NCBI GenBank assembly: GCA_045604705.1
Contig: JAZUOO010000022.1
Location: forward strand, 3,588 to 67,587
Length of the DNA stretch: 64,000 nt
Direction of reading: 5' to 3'
Origin: Eubacteriales bacterium
GTDB taxonomy: Bacteria > Bacillota > Clostridia > Oscillospirales > CAG-382
In this document: one piece after another, positions 21,882 through 32,532 of the stretch
Position numbering within the stretch: position 1 is the stretch's first letter
Layout of the letters: each line of letters opens with the position of its first letter
The notes under the pieces: generated by a model
What the model was told of the DNA's origin: nothing
What the model saw: the letters and a program-made list of their open reading frames with translations, nothing else
The model's database searches: none
Position numbers and translations under genes: made by a program

Positions 21882-23138
21882 ATGACAACATTACAAATAA
21901 TGCAAAACGCCAAAGAAGCAAAAAAAGCGGCAGTACTCCTCACGGAAGAAAAGAAAAACCAAGCCCTCACCGCAATGGCAACAGCTCTGGTACTCGATGC
22001 CGAAACAATACTTTCTGAAAATCAAAAGGATATAGAGAACGCCAAAGGCAAAATCTCCGATGTCATGATAGACAGACTAAGCCTTACCGAGAGCAGAATA
22101 AAAGCCATGGCAAACGGCATAATCGCAGTTTCGCGGCTCCCTGATCCTTGCTCTGTAACCCTCTCCGAGTACATAAGGGAGGACGGTCTCGAAATAAGAA
22201 AGGAGTCTGTCCCCATGGGCGTTGTTGCAATCATATACGAATCACGCCCCAACGTTACAAGCGATGCGGCAGCACTGTGCCTTAAATCCGGCAACGTCTG
22301 CATTCTCCGAGGCGGCAAGGAAGCCTACAACAGCTCAAAGGCAATAGTCAATTCCTTGAGAAAGGGACTTCGCACAGCAGGTCTCTGTGAAAACCTCGTA
22401 TCACTTGTTGACGACATCACAAGACAGAGTGCAACCGAGCTTATGACAGGTGTAGACTACATCGACCTGCTTATCCCCAGAGGTGGTGCGGGACTCATAA
22501 AGGCGTGCACTGAAAATGCCAAAGTCCCCTGCATAGAAACAGGCACGGGAATCTGCCACATATACATCGACAAGGATGCTGATACCGAAAAAGCAATAAA
22601 AATCCTCTATAACGCAAAAACCTCAAGACCGTCGGTATGTAACGCCTGCGAGGTCTGCCTTGTTCACAAGGATATTGCAGAGGAAATTCTCCCGAAAATA
22701 AAAAAAGCCCTCGTCACCGGGAGAACCGCGCGAGGAGAAATACCCGTAGAGCTTCGTCTTTGCGAGAAAGCCTCAATGATTATCGACGGAACGCACTGCA
22801 TCGAAACCGATTATGACACCGAGTTCCTCGACTACATCCTCGCCGTAAAAGTAGTTGATACAATCGACCAAGCAATCGACCATATTTCCAAACACTCCAC
22901 CCGTCACAGCGAAGCAATAGTCACGGAAAACAAGGAATCCGCCGACATCTTCACAAGAAGCATAGACAGCTCTTCCCTTTATATCAACGCCTCAACACGA
23001 TTTACCGACGGAGGCGAATTCGGACTCGGCTGTGAGATGGGAATTTCAACGCAGAGACTCCATGCAAGAGGTCCGATGGGGCTTCGTGAGCTTACCACAT
23101 ACAAGTATATCATAAACGGAAACGGACATATACGGTGA
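21882..23138 (+). CDS. proA: glutamate-5-semialdehyde dehydrogenase
   Basis: IYESRPNVT, SVCNACE, NASTRFTDGGEFGLG, HARGPMGL; ATG at 21882 after GAGG. Confidence 0.96.
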   Translation: MTTLQIMQNAKEAKKAAVLLTEEKKNQALTAMATALVLDAETILSENQKDIENAKGKISDVMIDRLSLTESRIKAMANGIIAVSRLPDPCSVTLSEYIREDGLEIRKESVPMGVVAIIYESRPNVTSDAAALCLKSGNVCILRGGKEAYNSSKAIVNSLRKGLRTAGLCENLVSLVDDITRQSATELMTGVDYIDLLIPRGGAGLIKACTENAKVPCIETGTGICHIYIDKDADTEKAIKILYNAKTSRPSVCNACEVCLVHKDIAEEILPKIKKALVTGRTARGEIPVELRLCEKASMIIDGTHCIETDYDTEFLDYILAVKVVDTIDQAIDHISKHSTRHSEAIVTENKESADIFTRSIDSSSLYINASTRFTDGGEFGLGCEMGISTQRLHARGPMGLRELTTYKYIINGNGHIR

Positions 23139-23383
23139 ATGCAAAATACAAAAGCATGATTGTTCGTTCACGGTGATGTGATTCGCATTCAAAAAACGTC
23201 CAATCAAATTGCTGCACAAGTTTGTTTTTAACGGACTTGTGCACTTTTTCCTTTTGTGTACTATACTTTTTAATTGATTTATTGTCAAGCATACTCCTGA
23301 GATTTTCAATATATACTTAACTGTTATCACATTTTCCTCAGTCAAAGCAACATAAATCTTAACTTTATCTTTACGCCCGGTTG

Positions 23384-23413
23384 TTGACAAATCTCGCCGA
23401 AAAATGTTATAAT
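23384..23413 (+). promoter_or_regulatory. sigma-A promoter of activase operon
   Basis: TTGACA-18nt-TATAAT with TG extension. Confidence 0.6.
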
Positions 23414-23469
23414 ATAGTGTTATAAGGACGAATATTATCATAAAATGAAAGGTGGCTTGCGTTGCACAA

Positions 23470-26433
23470 ATGAAAGAGACATCAGCAAATAACGGACTTC
23501 TTTTGGGAATAGATATAGGCTCAACGACAGCAAAAATTGTCCTTGTTGAAGACGAAAAAATTGTATACAGTAAATACGAACGCCACTATTCAAAGGTACG
23601 CGAAAAGACAGCACAGATGCTCTCGGAAATAAAACCGATAGTCGGAAACAGAACCTTTAAGGCGGCAATTTCCGGCTCCGCAGGCATGGGACTTGCACAG
23701 GTAGCAAGCATTCCCTTCGCCCAGGAGGTATTTGTCGTAGGCGAAGTGATAAGACGCAAAGAGCCTGATACCTCGGTAGTAATCGAGCTTGGTGGCGAGG
23801 ATGCAAAAATTATCTTCTTCGACGGTGCTCCCGATGAACGTATGAACGGCTCATGTGCAGGCGGTACAGGTGCATTTATAGACCAGATGGCAACACTTCT
23901 CTGCATGACCAACGACGAAATGGACAAAGCAAGCCTTGAGCACAAAAAGCTCTACCCCATCGCCTCAAGATGCGGAGTTTTCGCAAAAACCGACATACAG
24001 CCACTTCTGAATCAGGGCGCAAGCAAAGCCGACGTTGCGGCAAGTATATATCAGGCAGTTGTAAATCAAACCATCGGCGGACTTGCCCAAGGCAGAAAAA
24101 TCAAAGGCAAGGTAATGTTCCTCGGCGGTCCCCTTTTCTATTGCCTGGGACTTCGTGAAAGATTCGTTGAAACTCTCGGACTCACAGAGGAAAATGCTGT
24201 TTTCCCCGACTATGCAATATACGCAGTCGCTCTCGGAACAGCCCTGTATGCCGGCAAAGCAGGCGAAGAAAGTACCATTGATGCCTTTATTGCCGCAATA
24301 GAGAATGCAAAGAGCTATTCCTCGGGCACGGATACACTTCCGCCACTTTTTGAAAACGAATCCGAATACAATGAATTTTCCGCACGCCACGCAAAAGCCA
24401 ATGTCCAATCCAAGGATATATCGGCATACAGCGGCAATGCCTACCTCGGCATAGACTGCGGAAGCACCACAACAAAGCTGGTTCTTCTTTCCGAAAAAAA
24501 CGAAATAATATACAGCTACTACGCCTCAAACATGGGAAATCCCGTTGAGGTGGTACGGGGTGAGCTTGAAAAAATATACGCACTTTGCGAAGGCAAAATA
24601 AAAATCTGCGGAAGCGCTGTCACAGGCTACGGCGAAGAGCTTATAAAGAACGCCTTCGGGTGTGATATAGGCATAGTTGAAACCATAGCACACTATACCG
24701 CCGCAAAATACTTCTGCCCCGAGGTTGACTTCATTCTTGACATCGGCGGTCAGGACATAAAATGCTTTAAAATCAAAAACGGCGCAATAGACAGCATAAT
24801 GTTAAACGAAGCCTGCTCCTCGGGTTGCGGATCATTCCTTGAAACCTTTGCAAAATCCATGGGCTACCCTATCGCAGACTTTGCCAAAAAAGGCATCTAC
24901 GGCAAGCATCCCGTAAACCTCGGCTCAAGATGTACCGTATTTATGAATTCCTCCGTAAAGCAAGCTCAAAAAGACGGTGCAGGCGTTGAAGACATTTCCG
25001 CAGGTCTTTCCATAAGCGTTGTCAAAAACGCAATATACAAGGTAATCAGAGCCGCAAGTGCAGACGAACTGGGTACAAATATCGTTGTTCAGGGCGGTAC
25101 ATTCTACAACGATGCGGTGCTTCGTGCCTTTGAGCGTGAGCTCGGTAAAAACGTAATCCGTCCCGGTATTGCAGGACTCATGGGCGCATACGGTGCGGCA
25201 CTGTATTCAAAGAGATGCAAAGAGTCAACCCTTATCTCAAAGGATAACCTTGCAGCCTTCTTGCACACCTCAAAATCAATGACCTGCAAGGGGTGTACCA
25301 ACAACTGTCACCTGACAATAAATACCTTTGCCGACGGCAGAAAATACATATCCGGCAACAGATGCGAAAAGGGACTTGGACTTGCAAAACCTACAGCCCA
25401 AGTACCAAACCTCTACGAATTCAAGCGAAACAAGCTTCTGTCTATGCAAGGCGGTGACGGCACAAGAGGCACAATAGGACTTCCTCTAGCTCTCGGAATG
25501 TACGAGCTTCTTCCACTCTGGTACGGTATTCTCTCAAACCTCGGCTTCAAGGTTGTAATCCCGAAAATGTCCACAAGACGCACATACGAAAAAGGACAGC
25601 TTTCCATTCCGTCGGATACGGTATGCTATCCCGCAAAGCTGATGCACGGACATATAGCGGAGCTTCTCGGAGCAAAGCCCGATGCAATCTTCTACCCCTG
25701 TCTCTCATACAACATCGACGAAAAGGCTTCCGACAACCATTACAACTGTCCCGTTGTAGCATACTACTCCGAACTTCTTGTCGGCAATATTGAAGAGCTT
25801 CGAGAAACAAAATTCCTGTACCCGTACCTTAACATAAACAGCAAGAAAGAGCTTGCAAAGGAACTCTCCGACTACCTTACCAAAAAACTCTGTCCCATAA
25901 CCGTAAAGGAAGCCAAAAAAGCAGTTGACAAAGGCTTTAATCTCTACTATGACTACATGTACAGCGTAAAGCGTGAGGGTGAGCGTGCGCTCCAATTTGC
26001 AAAAGAAAACGGCAAGAGAGTCATGATTCTCGCAGGTCGTCCCTATCACATAGACCCGGAGATCTGCCACGGCATAGACGAGCTTGCAAAGAGTCTCGGC
26101 TTCGTGGTTGTCAGCGAGGACAGCGTATTCCACCTTGCAGAGCCTGTTCGCGTAAATGTTCTTAATCAGTGGACATACCACGCAAGACTCTACAGAGCGG
26201 CAATGTATGCGGCAAAGAATCCCGATGCCGAGCTTGTACAGCTTGTGTCCTTCGGCTGCGGTGTTGATGCTATAACCACGGACGAAGTAAGAAGCATACT
26301 TGAAGAAAGAGGCAAATTCTACACCCAGATAAAAATAGATGAGATAACCAACCTCGGTGCCGTAAAAATAAGGCTGAGAAGTCTTATCGGAGCAATAGAC
26401 GAAAAGAAAGAAAAGGAGAGCAGCTTGTCATGA
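23470..26433 (+). CDS. 2-hydroxyacyl-CoA dehydratase activase-like protein (two BadF/BadG ATPase domains + DUF2229-like region)
   Basis: GIDIGSTTAK and GIDCGSTTTK repeats, MNGSCAGGTG, NEACSSGCG, CKGCTNNC, SFGCG. Confidence 0.9.
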   Translation: MKETSANNGLLLGIDIGSTTAKIVLVEDEKIVYSKYERHYSKVREKTAQMLSEIKPIVGNRTFKAAISGSAGMGLAQVASIPFAQEVFVVGEVIRRKEPDTSVVIELGGEDAKIIFFDGAPDERMNGSCAGGTGAFIDQMATLLCMTNDEMDKASLEHKKLYPIASRCGVFAKTDIQPLLNQGASKADVAASIYQAVVNQTIGGLAQGRKIKGKVMFLGGPLFYCLGLRERFVETLGLTEENAVFPDYAIYAVALGTALYAGKAGEESTIDAFIAAIENAKSYSSGTDTLPPLFENESEYNEFSARHAKANVQSKDISAYSGNAYLGIDCGSTTTKLVLLSEKNEIIYSYYASNMGNPVEVVRGELEKIYALCEGKIKICGSAVTGYGEELIKNAFGCDIGIVETIAHYTAAKYFCPEVDFILDIGGQDIKCFKIKNGAIDSIMLNEACSSGCGSFLETFAKSMGYPIADFAKKGIYGKHPVNLGSRCTVFMNSSVKQAQKDGAGVEDISAGLSISVVKNAIYKVIRAASADELGTNIVVQGGTFYNDAVLRAFERELGKNVIRPGIAGLMGAYGAALYSKRCKESTLISKDNLAAFLHTSKSMTCKGCTNNCHLTINTFADGRKYISGNRCEKGLGLAKPTAQVPNLYEFKRNKLLSMQGGDGTRGTIGLPLALGMYELLPLWYGILSNLGFKVVIPKMSTRRTYEKGQLSIPSDTVCYPAKLMHGHIAELLGAKPDAIFYPCLSYNIDEKASDNHYNCPVVAYYSELLVGNIEELRETKFLYPYLNINSKKELAKELSDYLTKKLCPITVKEAKKAVDKGFNLYYDYMYSVKREGERALQFAKENGKRVMILAGRPYHIDPEICHGIDELAKSLGFVVVSEDSVFHLAEPVRVNVLNQWTYHARLYRAAMYAAKNPDAELVQLVSFGCGVDAITTDEVRSILEERGKFYTQIKIDEITNLGAVKIRLRSLIGAIDEKKEKESSLS

Positions 26434-27728
26434 CGGGAAATTATGTTGAATTCACCGAACAAATGAAAAAAGAATACACCGTACTTATCCCTAATATGCT
26501 CCCCATGCATTTCAAGATGATAATGCGTGTTATGAAAAACTACGGCTACAAAATGGAGCTTCTCGAAACCGAGGGCAAGCATATAGCAGAAAAGGGACTC
26601 CGATATGTACATAACGACACCTGCTATCCCGCAATCCTTGTTATAGGTCAGTTCCTTGATGCTGTTGAAAGCGGAAAATACGATCCCCACAAGGTTGCGC
26701 TTATCCTCTTTCAGACAGGTGGCGGATGCAGAGCCTCAAACTACGTATCACTCCTCAGAAAAGCCCTTGCAAAAGCAGGCTACGGATATGTCCCGGTTAT
26801 CGGCTTCAGCTTCGGCAACATCGAAAAGCACTCCGGCTGGAAGATAACGGTTCCGATTTATCTCAAGCTCTTCCACGCACTGCTTTATGCGGATCTTTTA
26901 ATGAATCTTCAGAATCAGTGTAAGGTCTACGAAAAAAATCCGGGAGATACGGACATGGTCTGCGAAAAATGGCTTGCAAGGCTGACATCACAGGATAAAG
27001 CCCTGTCCCTCTCAGGTGGTAAAAAAGCAAGAGAGCTTTACCACAGGATTCTGGATGACTTTGCCGCAATAGAAAAGGTACAAAAGCCAAAGCTCAAGGT
27101 AGGAATTGTGGGCGAGATTTTCGTAAAATATTCTCCTCTGGGCAATAACAATCTTGCGGATTTTCTTGTAAAGAACGGTGCAGAGCCCGTAATTCCCGGA
27201 TTTATCGACTTTCTGCTTTACTGTATCTACAACGTAGTTCTCGACAAAAAGCTCTACGGCTTCAAATCACCGATTTATACTGCATACAATCTTGTATATA
27301 AAGTAATTCTCAAAAAGCAAAAAGAGCTAATAGAAGCCATCCGTGAACACGGAAGCTTTGATGCTCCCACTCCCTTTGATGTGACTCTTACCCTTGCAAA
27401 AGGCATAATCAGCTTCGGCACAAAAATGGGTGAGGGCTGGCTGTTGACATCGGAAATGGTGGAGCTTTACCACAGCGGTGCAAAAAACATCGTGTGTACC
27501 CAGCCCTTCGGATGCCTCCCCAACCACATCTGCGGCAAAGGAATGATGAAGCCTCTTAAAGAAAAATACCCGGATATAAACATTGTCGCAATAGACTACG
27601 ATGCAGGCGCAACGGCAGTAAACCAGGAGAACAGAATACGCCTTATGCTCTCCAACGCAAGGCTCGTAGCCGAAGAAGCACCCGAAGCCAATACCGCAAG
27701 CCACGAAAAAGAAGCAGTAACGGCATAA
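26430..27728 (+). CDS. 2-hydroxyacyl-CoA dehydratase-like subunit
   Basis: VHNDTCYPA, QTGGGCRASNY, GEGWLL, QPFGCLPNH, DYDAGA; overlaps activase stop (ATGA). Confidence 0.85.
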   Translation: MTGNYVEFTEQMKKEYTVLIPNMLPMHFKMIMRVMKNYGYKMELLETEGKHIAEKGLRYVHNDTCYPAILVIGQFLDAVESGKYDPHKVALILFQTGGGCRASNYVSLLRKALAKAGYGYVPVIGFSFGNIEKHSGWKITVPIYLKLFHALLYADLLMNLQNQCKVYEKNPGDTDMVCEKWLARLTSQDKALSLSGGKKARELYHRILDDFAAIEKVQKPKLKVGIVGEIFVKYSPLGNNNLADFLVKNGAEPVIPGFIDFLLYCIYNVVLDKKLYGFKSPIYTAYNLVYKVILKKQKELIEAIREHGSFDAPTPFDVTLTLAKGIISFGTKMGEGWLLTSEMVELYHSGAKNIVCTQPFGCLPNHICGKGMMKPLKEKYPDINIVAIDYDAGATAVNQENRIRLMLSNARLVAEEAPEANTASHEKEAVTA

Positions 27729-27742
27729 ATTCCAATAAAAAT

Positions 27743-27786
27743 AACGACTCCCTGCAAGGCACAGAGCTCGGCAGGGAGTTTTCGTT
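27743..27786. terminator. bidirectional terminator between convergent genes
   Basis: ACTCCCTGC...GCAGGGAGT stem with A-rich and T-rich flanks. Confidence 0.65.
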
Positions 27787-27910
27787 GTTATATTAAGTAT
27801 TAACCGATAAATGTAGGAATTGTAATACTGAGCACAGATACAATCATAAGTGCTGCAAGAACCCAGCATACTATTTTGACCGTTTTCTTGTTCATTGCAA
27901 TAATCCTCCT

Positions 27911-29869
27911 TTATTTTTCCCTTTTTAGTATTTTTACACTACCGGAAGGAATCTCACATTTGCCCTTTTCAATCTCCTGTGTCAGAAGATTTCTGTACTT
28001 GAGCTTCAGTTCCTTGATAACATCCTTGTCCGATACATTAGCCATAACAAGAATTTCGTCCTTTTTATTATACCTCTTGTAGGATACAAATCCGTCGGAA
28101 GCCTCCGTAAAAACAAAGTCACCCTCACGGAAAAGCTCTTCATTACGCCTTATCCGTCCGAGCAGTACATAATATTCAAGAAGCTCCTTTTCTTGTCTGT
28201 GCCACGGATACGGAAACCTGCAAAAAGGATCTCCGTAGCCCTCAAGCCCCGCTTCATCCCCGTAAAAGACAGACGGAGTTCCGAACAAGGTATACTGCAA
28301 AGCCGCACAGACCTTCAGCATTCTTATGCCCTTGCTTCTCTGTTCCGTCGTCATACGCTTAACCGACAGCTGCTTATTTGTATATCCGTCGGGCAAATCT
28401 CCCGAAAGTACCGTCAATATCCTGTCTGTATCATGCGTCCCCAGGATATTCATAAGTACGTCCGAGCACTGCTTAGGATAGCTTGCATAAAGCTCTGTTA
28501 TCACATTATAGAAAAACTCAACATTCCCGTTTCTGACAAGCGCAATAACGGCATTCTTCATCGGATAATTCATAACGCTGTCAAGCTGCGAGCCTCTGAA
28601 GTACTTTCTTCTTTTGCTGTACGAAATCTTGTCCGCAGCGTTTTCCCAAACCTCACCTATAATAAATCCGTCACTGTTTTTGCTGCGAACAACGCTGCGC
28701 AGATTATCAAGAAATTCTTCGGGAAGCTCATCCGCAACGTCAAGTCTTATACCGCCGATGCCCATATCAAGATACTTTTCAAGAACACCGCCCTTACCAA
28801 GAAAGTAATCTGTGCACTTTTCATTATCCAAATTCAACTTGGGAAGAACCTCAATGTCCCACCAGCTCTTGTATTTGCCGCCCTCTTCAAAGGTATACCA
28901 GTCACGATAGGGAGAATCCTCGTTACCATACGCACCAACGCTGTCATATCTGCCATATTTGTTAAAATACAGACTGTCATCACCGGTGTGATTAAAAACA
29001 CCGTCAAGGATTACTTTTATATTCTTTTTTTCGGCCTTCTTTATAAGCTCCCGAAGTGCATCATCACCGCCGAACATCTCATCAACGGTCATATAGTCGC
29101 CGGTATCATATTTGTGGTTGGAGTACGCCTTAAATATCGGACTAAGATATATACATCCCACACCGAGAGCTTCAAGATAATCAAGCTTTTCCGCGACCCC
29201 GTAAAGCGTACCGCCGAAAAACACATTGTTCTCAACAAACGCCCCCGGATATTCACCGTACTGCGGAATACCGTTTTCCCAGTCGGGATTTGCAACAGCC
29301 GTCTTTGACACCGGAACAGCCTTTGAACCCTTGTTGAACCTGTCCACAAAAACGTGGTACATGATATTCCCTTTGAACCATTCCGGAGTTTCAAACTTCT
29401 TATCATAAACAAGAAGCCTGAACCGACGATCCTCAAGGTCCTCGCAAAGCTCAAAGTCCGCATTATTGACACTGCTCGTATAAAGTGTAAAGCTGCCGAA
29501 GCAGATTTCAAAGTGATAGTAATATAATCCGTTTGTAAGCTTCTCCGGAAGCTGTGACATCGGAATCTCACAGAAAAATGTGTCCGTCACAAAATCCGAA
29601 GACAACGCCAGCTCATATTCACAGGTATCACCGAAATCCCTTGAAAAACAAAGCTTTACACAACAAGCCCCTGCCCTTCTGGGAATCTCAATTTCAAACC
29701 TCAGTTTATCTTTTGCCGACGGCTCGGGAACAGCCCCAAACCTCGAAAAGTCAATCTTTCCTAATTTCTTATATACCCGAACCGCAGGCTCCGAGCCAAG
29801 AATCCCGCACCGCTGAACCTTGCCCAGAATCCCGAGTCCCAACAAATTATCTCTTATACTGTTTTGCAT
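27911..29869 (-). CDS. glycoside hydrolase family 13 (neopullulanase/amylopullulanase-like)
   Basis: YHVFVDRF, NHKYDT, DGVFNH, GIRLDVAD, GEVW, GTHD conserved GH13 regions. Confidence 0.9.
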   Translation of the reverse strand: MQNSIRDNLLGLGILGKVQRCGILGSEPAVRVYKKLGKIDFSRFGAVPEPSAKDKLRFEIEIPRRAGACCVKLCFSRDFGDTCEYELALSSDFVTDTFFCEIPMSQLPEKLTNGLYYYHFEICFGSFTLYTSSVNNADFELCEDLEDRRFRLLVYDKKFETPEWFKGNIMYHVFVDRFNKGSKAVPVSKTAVANPDWENGIPQYGEYPGAFVENNVFFGGTLYGVAEKLDYLEALGVGCIYLSPIFKAYSNHKYDTGDYMTVDEMFGGDDALRELIKKAEKKNIKVILDGVFNHTGDDSLYFNKYGRYDSVGAYGNEDSPYRDWYTFEEGGKYKSWWDIEVLPKLNLDNEKCTDYFLGKGGVLEKYLDMGIGGIRLDVADELPEEFLDNLRSVVRSKNSDGFIIGEVWENAADKISYSKRRKYFRGSQLDSVMNYPMKNAVIALVRNGNVEFFYNVITELYASYPKQCSDVLMNILGTHDTDRILTVLSGDLPDGYTNKQLSVKRMTTEQRSKGIRMLKVCAALQYTLFGTPSVFYGDEAGLEGYGDPFCRFPYPWHRQEKELLEYYVLLGRIRRNEELFREGDFVFTEASDGFVSYKRYNKKDEILVMANVSDKDVIKELKLKYRNLLTQEIEKGKCEIPSGSVKILKREK

Positions 29870-29909
29870 AACTCCAAAATATATCTTCTAATAAAATCAA
29901 TCTTATAAT

Positions 29910-29990
29910 AATGAAGATTCCCGCAATCAAAGCCCGCAAATTAAGCCAACCCTTCAAGCGGGAATCAACCTCAATTGTGAATTGTGAATT
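29910..29990 (+). repeat. hairpin + heptamer repeat module
   Basis: AATGAAGATTCCCGC...GCGGGAATCAACCTCAATT followed by GTGAATT repeats. Confidence 0.65.
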
Positions 29991-29995
29991 CCAAC

Positions 29996-32416
29996 TCAGA
30001 TTTTCTTCAGCTTCCAGATATTATCTGCATATTCTTCTATGCTTCTGTCCGCCGCAAACTTACCTGCCGCCGCAATATTAATAAGCGACATTCTGTTCCA
30101 TTCCTCGGGCTTCTTGTAAACTGCAAGCGATTTCTCATGTGCCTGTCTGTAAGACTCAAAGTCCGCAAGACACATATAAGGGTCTGCAACTCCGTGTCCC
30201 TGAAGAAGATAAGAACTTATATCCCTGAAGCTCTCTCCCGCAAAACCGATACCGAGAGCATCAACAGCACGTCTGAGTCTTTCATTACCCGTATAGAACA
30301 TGGTAGACTGATAACCGGAGAGCCACATCTGTTCAACCTCGTTGCAGGTAAGCCCGAAGATAAACATATTCTCATCACCTGTCTCGGCAACCATCTCAAC
30401 ATTTGCACCGTCATAGGTACCGATGGTAAGAGCACCGTTTATCATCATCTTCATGCATCCCGTACCGCTGGCCTCCTTGCCGGCAAGTGAAATCTGCTCG
30501 GAAATTTCCGCCGAGGGAATAAGTGCCTCTGCAAGACTTACGTTATAGTCCTCAAGGAACACAACTCTGAGCTTTTCACGAATTACGGGATCTCTTTCAA
30601 TGTCCTTTGAAAGCATACAAATGAGCTTTATAATATTCTTCGCCATAGTATATCCGGGAGCAGCCTTTGCACCGAAAATAAAGGTCTGCGGCTGAATGTC
30701 AAGATTGGGATTTTCACGAAGCTCATTGTATATCGAAATAATATTAAGAGCATTAAGCAGCTGTCTCTTATACTCGTGAAGTCTCTTTACCTGAACATCA
30801 TAAAGTGAATTCGGGTCTATTTTCACGCCCGTCTTGTCAAAGAGATAGTTAGAGAATGCAATTTTATTATTCTTCTTAATGTCACCGAGCTTTGTAAGAA
30901 TACTCTTATCGTCGGCAAACTTCTTAAACTCAGATAGAGTTTCCGGATGCTTTCTGTAGTCGGTGCCGATAGTCTCATCAAGAAGTCCCGCAAGTCCGGG
31001 ATTAGAATAACAAAGCCACCTTCTGTGAGCGACACCGTTTGTAACATTGGTGAACTTTTCCGGATACATTCTGTAGAAGTCCTTAAATACAGTCTCCTTA
31101 AGAATATCCGAATGAAGTGCAGAAACACCGTTTACAGTGTGAGAACCGATAACAGAAAGATTAGCCATTCTCACCTGATTGTAGCCGATAACAGCCATGT
31201 TTGAAATTCTGTTCCAGTTTCCGGGGAATACATTCCATGCAGCTCTGCAGAATCTCTCGTTGATTTCCTTAACTATCATATGAATTCTCGGGAGCTTAAG
31301 ACGGAACAAATCCTCATTCCATGTTTCAAGAGCTTCAGGCATGACAGTGTGGTTAGTATAGGAAACAGTTTTAATAACAGTATTCCATGCCTTGTCCCAA
31401 TCATAGTAGTATTCATCAATGAGTATTCTCATAAGTTCGGGGATGCATAGTGCAGGATGTGTATCATTAATATGAATTGCAACCTTGTCCGAAAAATTTT
31501 CAAGTGTCTTGTAAACCGCCATGTGGTCACGCACAATGCTCTGAACCGATGCGGAAACGAGGAAGTACTGCTGTGAGAGTCTGAGAAGCTTACCCTCGTT
31601 GTGGTTGTCGGAAGGATAAAGCACTTTGGAAATAATATCCGCATTTGTGCTTTCTTTCATTGCACTGTAATACTGACCCTGGGTGAAAAGTCCCATATTG
31701 AAATTCTGAATATCTCTCGCCTTCCAAAGTCTGAGCGTTGAAACAGCCTTGGAATCAGCACCGGAGATCATCATATCATAGGGAACGGCTTCCATTTCCT
31801 CAGCATTCTCATAATATACTTCACATCTGCCGTTATCCCACTTTTCCTTAACATGACCGCCGAAGCGTACCTTAAAGGTTCTGTCGGTTCTGGGTACAAG
31901 CCATACCTCACCTCCGGGAAGCCATATGTCGGGAAGCTCAACCTGTATACCGTCAACTATCTTCTGCTTGAAAAGTCCGTATTCATAGCAAATTGAAAAG
32001 CCTGTTGCAGGATAATCAAGTGACGAGAGCGAGTCCATAAAACAAGCCGCAAGTCTGCCAAGACCGCCGTTTCCGAGACCCGGATCCGGCTCCAGCTCAT
32101 AAAGCTCCGAGAGATCAAAGCCCAGCTCCGCAAGTGCCGCCCTGTAGTTTCCGTCAATACCAAGATTGCAAAGACTGTTGCGAAGCGATCTTCCGAGAAG
32201 AAACTCCATACACATATAATATACACGCTTGCCCTGCTTCTCGTTCACTTCATTCTTGTAATTCTTTCTCTTATCCGTCAAAATATCCTTAACGGACAGA
32301 GCCACCGCCTTGTAGACCTGTTCCTTTGTTGCCTCTGCACTGGACGTACCGAAGTATCTCGCAAGCTTTGTTTCAATTAGTTCTTTTACCTGATTTTTTT
32401 CCGGGGTGTGATTCAT
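29996..32416 (-). CDS. glgP: glycogen phosphorylase
   Basis: LGNGGLGRLAACF, NDTHP, VKRLHEYKRQ, EASGTGCMK (PLP lysine). Confidence 0.96.
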   Translation of the reverse strand: MNHTPEKNQVKELIETKLARYFGTSSAEATKEQVYKAVALSVKDILTDKRKNYKNEVNEKQGKRVYYMCMEFLLGRSLRNSLCNLGIDGNYRAALAELGFDLSELYELEPDPGLGNGGLGRLAACFMDSLSSLDYPATGFSICYEYGLFKQKIVDGIQVELPDIWLPGGEVWLVPRTDRTFKVRFGGHVKEKWDNGRCEVYYENAEEMEAVPYDMMISGADSKAVSTLRLWKARDIQNFNMGLFTQGQYYSAMKESTNADIISKVLYPSDNHNEGKLLRLSQQYFLVSASVQSIVRDHMAVYKTLENFSDKVAIHINDTHPALCIPELMRILIDEYYYDWDKAWNTVIKTVSYTNHTVMPEALETWNEDLFRLKLPRIHMIVKEINERFCRAAWNVFPGNWNRISNMAVIGYNQVRMANLSVIGSHTVNGVSALHSDILKETVFKDFYRMYPEKFTNVTNGVAHRRWLCYSNPGLAGLLDETIGTDYRKHPETLSEFKKFADDKSILTKLGDIKKNNKIAFSNYLFDKTGVKIDPNSLYDVQVKRLHEYKRQLLNALNIISIYNELRENPNLDIQPQTFIFGAKAAPGYTMAKNIIKLICMLSKDIERDPVIREKLRVVFLEDYNVSLAEALIPSAEISEQISLAGKEASGTGCMKMMINGALTIGTYDGANVEMVAETGDENMFIFGLTCNEVEQMWLSGYQSTMFYTGNERLRRAVDALGIGFAGESFRDISSYLLQGHGVADPYMCLADFESYRQAHEKSLAVYKKPEEWNRMSLINIAAAGKFAADRSIEEYADNIWKLKKI

Positions 32417-32532
32417 AAAAATAGTATTCCTTTCACTAAACAAAGACGGCAAAAACTGAAAATGTGAACCTTGCATCCTTGCCGTCCTTGTAACATAAAT
32501 TTTGTTAAATTACAATATAATGATATATTATA

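Noticed and set aside
28193-29308. Long antisense ORFs (also 38829-39773, 57205-58233, 10531-11367)
   Set aside because: Shadows of well-supported genes on the opposite strand with no recognisable motifs
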